A stretch of DNA of 64,000 nt from Eledone cirrhosa (lineage: Eukaryota): positions 119,350,001-119,414,000 of the forward strand of contig OZ024744.1 in NCBI GenBank assembly GCA_964016885.1. Reading direction: 5' to 3'. The position numbers and the translations under genes were made by a program. The stretch's first letter is position 1, and each line of letters opens with the position of its first letter. The notes beneath the pieces were generated by a model. The model was not told the DNA's origin, ran no database searches, and saw only the letters and a program-made list of their open reading frames with translations. Positions 52,196 through 64,000 of this stretch are shown here, piece after piece.

Positions 52196-54269
52196 CGTGA
52201 TGGCACCTACACTACTGCTACTACTACTACTACCTTGATGACACCTACACTACTACCACTAATACTACTACCTTGATGGCACCTACACTACTACTACTAC
52301 TACTACTACTACTACCTTGATGGCACCTACACTACTACTACTACTACTACCTTGATGGCACCTACACTACTACTACTACTACTACTACTACTACCTTGAT
52401 GGCACCTACACTACTACTACTACTACTACCTTGATGGCACCTACACTACTACTACTACTACTACCTTGATGGCACCTACACTACTACTACTACTACCACT
52501 ACTACATTTATGGCACCTACACTACTACTACTTCTACTACCTTCATGGCACCTACACTACTACTACCACTACTACGATCATGGCACCTACACTACTACTA
52601 CAACCACTACCACTACGACCACGTTGGCACCTAAACTACTACTACTACTACTACTACTACCTTGATGGCACCTACACTACTACTACCACTACCACTACTA
52701 CCTTGATGACACCTACACTACTACTACTACTACTACTACTACCTTGATGGCACCTAAACTACTACTACCACTACCACTACTACCTTGATGGCACCTACAC
52801 TACTATTACTACCACTACTACCTTGATGGCACCTACACTACTACTACTACGACTACCTTGATGGCACCTACACTACTACTACAACTACTACCTTGATGGC
52901 ACCTACACTACTACTACTACTACTACGACTACCTTGATGGCACCTACACTACTACTACTACTACTACCTTGATGGCACATACACTACTACTACTACTACC
53001 TTGATGACACCTACACTACTACTACCACTACTACCTTGATTGCACCTACACTACTACTACCACTACCTTGATGGCACCTAAACTACTACTACTACTACTA
53101 CTACTACCTTGATGGTACCGACACTACTACTACCACTACTACCTTGATGGCACCTACACTACTACTACTACCACTACTACCTTGATGGCACCTACACTAC
53201 TACTACTACCATTACTACCATAATGGCACCTACACTACTACTACCACTACTACCTTCATGGCACCTACACTACTACTACCACTACTACCTTGATGGCACC
53301 TACACTACTACTACCACTACCACTACTACCTTGATGGCAGCTACACTACTACTACTACCACTACTACCTTGATGGCACGTACACTACTACTACTACTACT
53401 ACCACTACTACCTTGATGTCACCTACACTACTACCACAACTACTACTACCTTGATGGCACCTACACTACTACTACCACTACCACTACTACCTTGATGGCA
53501 CCTACACAACTACTACTACCACTACTACCTTGATGGTACCTACACTACTACTACTACCACTAATACCTTGATGGCACCTACACTACTACTACTACTACTA
53601 CTACTACTAAATTGATGGCACCTACACTACTACTACTACTACCTTGATGGCACCTACACTACTACTACTACCTTGATGTCATCTACACTACTACTACTAC
53701 CACTACTACCTTGATGGCACCTACACTACTACTACTACCACTACTACCTTGATGGCACTTATACTACTACTACAACCACTACTACCTTGATGGCACCTAC
53801 ACTACTACTACTACCTTGATGGTACCTATACTACTACCACTACCACTACTATCTTGATGGCACCTACACTACTATTACTACCACTACTACCTTGATGGCA
53901 CATACACTACTACTACTACTACTACTACCCTGATGGCACCTACACTACTACTACCACTACTACCTTGATGACACCTACACTACTACTACTACCACTACTA
54001 CCTTGATGGCACCTACACTACTACTACTACTACTACTACCCTGATGGCACCTACACTACTACTACCACTACTACCTTAATGGCACCTACAGTACTACTAC
54101 CACTACTACCTTGATTGCACCTACACTACTACTACTACCACTACTACCTTGATGGCACCTACACTACTACTACTACCACTACTACCTTGATGGCACCTAC
54201 ACTACTACTACTACCACTACCTTGATGGCACCTACACTACTACTACTACCACTACCTTGATGGCACCTA

Positions 54270-54302
<33 letters not shown>

Positions 54303-54705
54303 CTTGATGGCACCTACACTACTACTACGACTACTACCTTGATGGCACCTACACTACTACTACTACCACTACTACCTTGATGGCACCTACACTACTACTA
54401 CTACCACTACTACCTTGATGGCACCTACACTACTACTACTACTACTACCTTGATGGCACCTACACTACTACTACCACTACTACCTTGATGGCACCTACAC
54501 TACTACTTCAACCACTACCACTACTACCTTGATGTCACCTACACTATTACTACTACCACTACTACTTTGATGGCATCTACACTACTACTACTACTACTAC
54601 TACTGCTACTACCGTGATGGCACCTACACTACTGCTACTACTACTACTACTACCTTGATGACACCTACACTACTACCACTACTACTACTACCTTGATGGC
54701 ACCTA

Positions 54706-54744
<39 letters not shown>

Positions 54745-57700
54745 CTTGATGGCACCTACACTACTACTACTACTAGTACTACTACTACCTTTATGGCACC
54801 TACACTACTACTACTACCACTACTACCTTGATGGCACATACACTACTACTACTACTACTACCTTGATGGCACCTACACTACTACTACTACCACTACTACC
54901 TTGATGGCACCTACACTACTACTACTACTACCACTACTACCTTGATTGCACCTACACTACTACTACTACCACTACCTTGATGGCACCTACACTACTACTA
55001 CTACCACTACTACCTTGATGGCACCTACACTACTACTGCTACCACTACTACCTTGATGGCACCTACACTAAAACTACTACCACTACTACATTGATGGCAC
55101 CTACACTACTACTACTACCACTACTACCTTGATGGCACCTACACTACTACTACTACTACCACTACTACCTTGATGGCACCTACACTACTACTACTACCAC
55201 TACTACCTTGATGGCACCTACACTACAACTACTACCACTACTACATTGATGGCACCTACACTACTACTACTACCACTACTACCTTGATGGCACCTACACT
55301 AAAACTACTACCACTACTACCTTGATGGCACCTACACTACTACTACAACTACTACTACCTTGATGGCACATACACTACTACTACCACTACTACCTTGATG
55401 GCCCCTACACTACTACTACTACAACCACTACTACCTTGATTGCACCTACACTACTACTACAACTACTACTACCTTGATGGCACATACACTACTACTACCA
55501 CTACTACCTTGATGGCCCCTACACTACTACTACTACAACCACTACTACCTTGATGGCACCTACACTACTACTACAACTACTACTACCTTGATGGCACCTA
55601 CACTACTACTACTACCACTACTACCTTGATGGTACCTACACTACTACTACTATTACTACTACCTTGATGGCACCTACACTACTACTACTACTACTACCAC
55701 TACTACCTTGATGGCACCTACTCTACTACTACTACTACCACCACTGCCTTGATGGCTTTTACACTACTACTACCACTACTACCTTGATGACACCTACACT
55801 ACTACCTTGATGGCACCTACACTACTACTACTACCACTACCACTACTACCTTGATGGCACCTTCACTATTACTACTACCACTACTACTTTGATGGCACCT
55901 ACACTACTACTACTACTACTACTACCTTGATGGTACCTAGACTACTACCACTACTACCTTGATGACACCTACACTACTACCACTACTACTACTACCTTGA
56001 TGGCACCTACACTACTACTACTACTACTACTACCTTTGATGGCACCTACACTACTACTACCACTACCACTACTACCTTGATGGCACCTACACTACTACTA
56101 CTACTACTACTACCTTGATGGCACCTACACTACTACTACTACCACTACTACCTTGATGGCACCTACACTACTACTACTACCACTACTACCTTGATGACAC
56201 CTACACTACTACTACTACTACTACCTTGATGGTACCTACACTACTACCACTACCACTACTACCTTGAAGGAACATACACTACTACTACTACCACTACTAC
56301 CTTGATGGCACCAACACTACTACTACTACCACTACTACCTTGATGGCACCTACACTACTACTACTACCACTACTACCTTGATGACACCTACACTACTACT
56401 ACTACTACTACCTTGATGGTACCTACACTACTACCACTACCACTACTACCTTGAAGGAACATACACTACTACTACTACCACTACTACCTTGATGGCACCT
56501 ACACTACTACTACTACCACTACTACCTTGATGGCACCTACACTACTACTACTACCACTACTACCTTGATGACACCTACACTACTACTACTACTACTACCT
56601 TGATGGTACCTACACTACTACCACTACCACTACTACCTTGAAGGAACATACACTACTACTACTACCACTACTACCTTGATGGCACCTACACTACTACTAC
56701 TACCACTACTACCTTGATGGCACCTACACTACTACTACTACTACAATTACTACCTTAATGGCACCTACACTACTACTACTACCACTACTACCTTGATGGC
56801 ACCTACACTACTACTACTACTACAACTACTACCTTGTGGAACCTACACTACTACTACCACTACTACCTTGATGGTACCTAAACTACTACTACTACTACCT
56901 TGATGGCACCTACACTACTACTACTACTACTACTACCTTGATGGTACCTACACTACTACTACTACTACTACCTTGTGGAACCTACACTACTACTACCACT
57001 ACTACCTTGATGGCACCTACAATACTACTACCACTACCTTGATGGCACCTACACTACTACTACTACCCATACTACCTTGATGGCACCTACACTACTACTT
57101 CTACCACTACTACCTTGATGGCACCTACACTACTACTACTACTACTACTACTACCTCTATGGTACCTACACTACTACTACTACTACCTTAATGGCACCTA
57201 CATTACTACTACTAGCACTACTACCTTGATGGCACCTACACTACTATTACTACCACTATTACCTTGATGGCACCTACACTACTACTACTACCACTACTAC
57301 CTTGATGGCACCTACACTACTACTACTACCACTACTACCTTGATGGCACCTACACTACTACTACCACTACTACATTGATGGCACCTACACTACTACTACT
57401 ACCACTAATACCTTGATGGCACCTACACTACTACTACTACCACTACTACCTTGATGGCACCTACACTACTACTACTACCACTACTAGCTTGATGGCACCT
57501 ACACTACTACTACTACTACCTTGATGTCACCTACACTACTACTACTACTACTACTAGCTTGATGGCACCTACACTACTACTACTACTACCTTGATGTCAC
57601 CTACACTACTACTACTACCACTACTAGCTTGATGGCACCTACACTACTACTACTACTACCTTGATGTCACCTACACTACTACTACTACTACTACTAGCTT

Positions 57701-60700
57701 GATGGCACCTACACTACTACTACTACTACCTTGATGGCACCTACACTACTACTACTACCACTACTAGCTTGATGGCACCTACACTACTACTACTACTACC
57801 TTGATGTCACCTACACTACTACTACTACTACTACTAGCTTGATGGCACCTACACTACTACTACTACTACCTTGATGGCACCTACACTACTACTACTACCA
57901 CTACTAGCTTGATGGCACCTACACTACTACTACTACTACTACTACTACCATGATGTCACCTACACTACTACTACCACTACTACCTTGATGGCACCTACAC
58001 TACTACTACTACCACTACTAGCTTGATGGCACCTACACTACTACTACTACTACCTTGATGTCACCTACACTACTACTACTACCACTACTAGCTTGATGGC
58101 ACCTACACTACTACTACTACTACCTTGATGTCACCTACACTACTACTACTACTACTACTACCTTGATGGCACCTACACTACTACTACTACCACTACTAGC
58201 TTGATGGCACCTACACTACTACTACTACTACTACTACTACCATGATGTCACCTACACTACTACTACTACTACTACCTTGATGGCACCTACACTACTACAA
58301 CTACCACTACTAGCTTGATGGCACCTACACTACTACTACTACTACTACTACTACTACCTTGATGTCACCTACATTACTACTACTACTACTACCTTGATGG
58401 TACCTATACTACTACCACTACCACTACTACCTTGATGGCACCTACACTACTACTACTACCACTACTACCTTGATGGCACCTACACGACTACTACTACTAC
58501 TACAACTACCTTGATGGCACCTACACTACTACTACTACTACCACTACTACCTTGATGGCACCTACACTACTACTACCACTACTACCTTGATGGCACCTAC
58601 ACTACTACTACCACTACTACCTTGATGGCACCTACACTACTACTACTACTACCACTACTACCTTGATGGCACCTACACTACTACTACCACTACTACATTG
58701 ATGGCACCTACACTACTACTACCACTATTACCTTGATGGCACCTACACTACTACTACTACTACCACTACTACCTTGATGGCACCTACACTACTACTACTA
58801 CCACTACTAGCTTGATGGCACCTACACTACTACTACTACTACTACCTTGATGTCACCTACACTACTACTACTACTACTAACTTGATGGCACCTACACTAC
58901 TACTACTACCACTACTACCTTGATGGCATCTACACTACTACTACTACCACTACGACATTAATGGCACCTACACTACTACTACTACCCATACTACCTTGAT
59001 GGCACCTACACTACTACTACTACCACTACTACCTTGATGGCACCTACACTACTACCTTGATGGCACCTACACTACTACTACTACCACTACTACCTTGATG
59101 GCACCTACACTACTACCTTGATGGCACCTACACTACTACTACTACCACTACTACCTTGATGGCACCTACACTACTACCTTGATGGCACCTACACTACTAC
59201 TACTACCACTACTACCTTGATGGCACCTACACTACTACTACTACCACTACTACCTTGATGGCACCTACACTACTACTACCACTACCACTACTACCTTGAT
59301 GGCACCTACACTACTACTACTACTACTACTACCTTGATGGCACCTACACTACTACTACTACCACTACTACCGTGATGGCACCTACACTACTACTACTACC
59401 ACTACTACCTTGATGGCACCTACACTACTACTACTACTACTACTACTACCTTGAAGGCACATACACTACTATTATTACCGCTACCAATACTGCCTTGATG
59501 GCACCTACACTACTACTACTACTACTACCTTGATGTCACCTACACTACTACTAAGACTACCTTGATGGCACCTACACTACTACTACTACCACTACTACCT
59601 TGATGGTACCTACACTACTACTACTACTACTACCTTGTGGAACCTACACTACTACTACCACTACTACCTTGATGGCACCTACACTACTACTACCACTACC
59701 TTGATGGCACCTACACTACTACTACTACCCATACTACCTTGATGGCACCTACACTACTACTTCTACCACTACTACCTTGATGGCACCTACACTACTACTA
59801 CTACTACCACTACTACCTTGATGGTACCTACACTACTACCACTACTACCTTGATGGCACCTACACTACTATTACTACCACTATTACCTTGATGGCACCTA
59901 CACTACTACTACTACTACTACTACTACCCTGATGTCACCTACACTACTACTACTGCTACTACCTTGATGGTACCTATACTACTACCACTACCACTACTAC
60001 CCTGATGGCACCTACACTACTACTACTACCACTACTACCTTGATGGCACCTACACGACTACTACTACTACTACAACTACCTTGATGGCACCTACACTACT
60101 ACTACTACTACCACTACTACCTTGATGGCACCTACACTACTACTACCACTACTACCTTGATGGCACCTACACTACTACTACTACCACTACTACCTTGATG
60201 GCACCTACACTACTACTACTACCACTACTAGCTTGATGTCACCTACACTACTACTACTACTACTACCTTGATGTCACCTACACTACTACTACTACTACTA
60301 CCTTGATGGCACCTACACTACTACTACTACCACTACTACCTTGATGGCATCTACACTACTACTACTACCACTACTACCTTGATGGCACCTACACTACTAC
60401 TACTACCACTACTACCTTGATGGCACCTACACTACTACTACCACTACCACTACTACCTTGATGGCACATACACTACTACTACTACCACTACTAACTTGAT
60501 GGCACCTACATTACTACTACTACCACTACTACCTTGATGGCACCTACACTACTACTACTACCACTACTACCTTGATGGCACCTACACTACTACTACCACT
60601 ACTACCTTGATGGCACCTACACTACTACTACTACCACTACTACTACCACTACCTTCATGGCAACTACACTACTACCACTACTACTACCTTGATGGTACCT

Positions 60701-61430
60701 ATTCTACTACCACTACTACTACTACCTTGATGGCACCTACACTACTACTACTACCACTACTACCTTGAGGGCACCTCCACTACTACTACTACTACTACTA
60801 CATTTATGGCACCTACACTACTACTACTACCACTACTACCTTGATGGCACCTACACTACTACTACTACTACTACTACCTTGTGGAACCTACACTACTACT
60901 ACCACTACTACCTTGATGGCACCTACACTACAACTAGTACTACCTTGATGTCACCTACACTACTACTACTACTACTACCTTGAGGGAACCTACACTACTA
61001 CTACTACTACTACTACTACATTGATGGTACCTACACTACTACTACTACTACCTTAATGGCACCTACACTACTACTACTACCACTACTACCTTGATGGCAC
61101 CTACACTACTATTACTACCACTATTACCTTGATGGCACCTACACTACTACTGCTACCACTACTACCTTGATGGCACCTACACTACTACTGCTACCACTAC
61201 TTCATTGACGGCACCTACACTACTACCACCACTACTACCTTGATGGCACCTACATTACTACTACCACTACTACCTTGATGGCACCTACACTACTACTACC
61301 ACTACTACATTGATGGTACCTACACTACTACCACTAATACCTTGATGGCACCTACACTACTACTACTACCACTACTACCTTGATGGCACCTACACTACTA
61401 CTACTACCACTACTAGCTTGATGGCACCTA

Positions 61431-61463
<33 letters not shown>

Positions 61464-64000
61464 CTTGATGTCACCTACACTACTACTATTACTACTACCT
61501 TGATGGCACCTACACTACTACAACTACCACTACTAGCTTGATGGCACCTACACTACTACTACTACTACTACTACTAACTTGATGTCACCTACACTACTAC
61601 TACTACAACTACCTTGATGGTACCTATACTACTACCACTACCACTACTACCTTGATGGCACCTACACTACTACTACTACCACTACTACCTTGATGGCACC
61701 TACACGACTACTACTACTACTACTACAAGTACCTTGATGGCACCTACACTACTACTACCACTACTACCTTGATGGCACCTACACTACTACTACCACTACT
61801 ACCTTGATGGCACCTACACTACTACATTGATGGCACCTACACTACTACTACCACTATTACCTTGATGGCACCTACACTACTACTACTACCACTACTACCT
61901 TGATGGCACCTACACTACTACTACAACCACTACTAGCTTGATGGCACCTACACTACTACTACTACTACTACCTTGATGTCACCTACACTACTACTACTAC
62001 TACTACCTTGATGGCACCTACACTACTACCACTACCACTACTACCTTGATGGCACCTACACTACTACTACTACTACTACTACTACCTTGATGTCACTTAC
62101 ACTACTACTACTACCACTACTACCTTGATGGCACCTACACTACTACTACTACCACTACTACCATGATGGCACCTACACTACTACTACTACCACTACTACT
62201 ACCTTGATGGCACCTACACTACTACTACCACTACTACCTTGATGGCACCTACACTACTACTACTACTACCTTGATGGCACCTACACTACTACAACTACCA
62301 CTACTACCTTCATGGCACCTACACTACTACTACCACTACTACCTTGATGGCACCTACACTACTACTACTACCAGTACTACCTTGATGGCATCTACACTAC
62401 TACTACTACCACTACTACCTTGATGGCACCTACACTACTACTACTACCCATACTACCTTGATGGCACCTACACTACTACTACTACCACTACTACCTTGAT
62501 GGCACCTACACTACTACTACCACTACCACTACTACCTTGATGGCACATACACTACTACTACTACCACTACTAACTTGATGGCACCTACATTACTACTACT
62601 ACTACCTTGATGGCACCTACACTACTACTACTACCACTACTACCTTGATGGCATCTACACTACTACTACTACCACTACTACCTTGATGGCACCTACACTA
62701 CTACTACTACCCATACTACCTTGATGGCACCTACACTACTACCACTACCACTACTACCTTGATGGCACATACACTACTACTACTACCATTACTACCTTGA
62801 TGGCACCTACACTACTACTACTACCACTACTACTACCACTACCTTCATGGCAACTACACTACTACCACTACTACTACCTTGATGGTACCTATTCTACTAC
62901 CACTACTACTACTACCTTGATGGCACCTACACTACTACTACTACCACTACTACCTTGAGGGCACCTCCACTACTACTACTACTACTACTACATTTATGGC
63001 ACCTACACTACTACTACTACCACTACTACCTTGATGGCACCTACACTACTACTACTACTACTACCTTGTGGGACCTACACTACTACTACCACTACTACCT
63101 TGATGGCACCTACACTACAACTACTACTACCTTGATGTCACCTACACTACTACTACTACTACTACCTTGAGGGAACCTACACTACTACTACTAATACTAC
63201 TACTACCTTGATGGTACCTACACTACTACTACTACTACCTTAATGGCACCTACACTACTACTACTACCACTACTACCTTGATGGCACCTACACTACTATT
63301 ACTACCACTATTACCTTGATGGCACCTACACTACTACTGCTACCACTACTTCATTGATGGTACCTACACTACTACCACCACTACTACAACCACTACTACC
63401 TTGATGGCACCTACACTACTACTACCACTACTACATTGATGGTACCTACACTACTACCACTAATACCTTGATGCCACCTACACTACTACTACTACCACTA
63501 CTACCTTGATGGCACCTACAGTACTACTACTACCACTACTAGCTTGATGGCACCTACACTACTACTACTACTACTACCTTGATGTCACCTACACTACTAC
63601 TACTACTACTACCTTGATGGCACCTACACTACTACTACTACCACTACTAGCTTGATGGCACCTACACTACTACTACTACTACTACTACTACCTTGATGTC
63701 ACCTACACTACTACTACTACTACTACCTTGATGGTACCTATACTACTACAACTACCACTACTACCTTGATGGCACCTACCTACTACTACTACCACTACTA
63801 CCTTGATGGCACCTACACGACTACTACTACCACTACTACCTTCATGGCACCTACACTACTACTTCTACTACTACCTTGATGTCACCTACACTACTACTAC
63901 TACTACTAGCTTGATGGCACCTACACTACTACTACTACTACTACTACTACCTTGATGTCACCTACACTACTACTACTACAACTACCTTGATGGCACCTAC
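33528..64000. repeat. Satellite 2: CCTTGATGGCACCTACA + (CTA/CCA)n, modal unit ~38 bp, length varying in 3-nt steps (runs off window end)
   Basis: Continuous >30 kb array with kb-scale block duplications. Confidence 0.98.

Noticed and set aside
33528-64000. Thr/Tyr/Leu-rich mucin-like ORFs
   Set aside because: Unit length is 2 mod 3, so frames rotate and hit the TGA in the anchor; ORFs appear only where it is mutated
33528-64000. CRISPR-like constant repeat plus variable spacer
   Set aside because: Spacers are only (CTA)n length variants; no cas genes; eukaryotic context
33528-64000. Telomeric repeat or G-quadruplex array
   Set aside because: No (TTAGGG)n or (TTAGG)n tract; the G-rich strand has only GG doublets

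Overview
Eukaryotic, repeat-only window with no host gene, rRNA, tRNA or CRISPR array. The repeat types resemble cephalopod/octopus repeats; that is inference. Layout: (1) 1-10776, a 48-bp tandem satellite; (2) 10777-33527, a dense island of decayed mobile elements: two RTE LINEs with an internal PHD-like Cys finger, an RTE/BovB-like LINE with three C2H2 fingers, two RTE/RTE-X endonuclease fragments, an R4/Dong-like RLE retrotransposon, non-autonomous Helitrons, a tRNA-type SINE, a Penelope-like (PLE) GIY-YIG fragment, long inverted repeats and (TA)n tracts; (3) 33528-64000, a second satellite (17-nt core plus variable CTA triplets). The hidden structure is RNA-level. About 16 type I hammerhead-ribozyme (HHR) or HHR-like folds from several unrelated families sit in the island, nearly all in long inverted repeats or tandem units. 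They include a ~0.5-kb tandem 'retrozyme-like' array with intact minimal HHRs, two folds with non-canonical cores (CAGAAGA, CCAAUGA), and one HHR split by a Helitron 2 nt from its cleavage site. The 48-bp satellite monomer matches a dimer inside the 3' UTR of the neighbouring RTE LINE. All folds were paired by eye; no folding software or database search was run.
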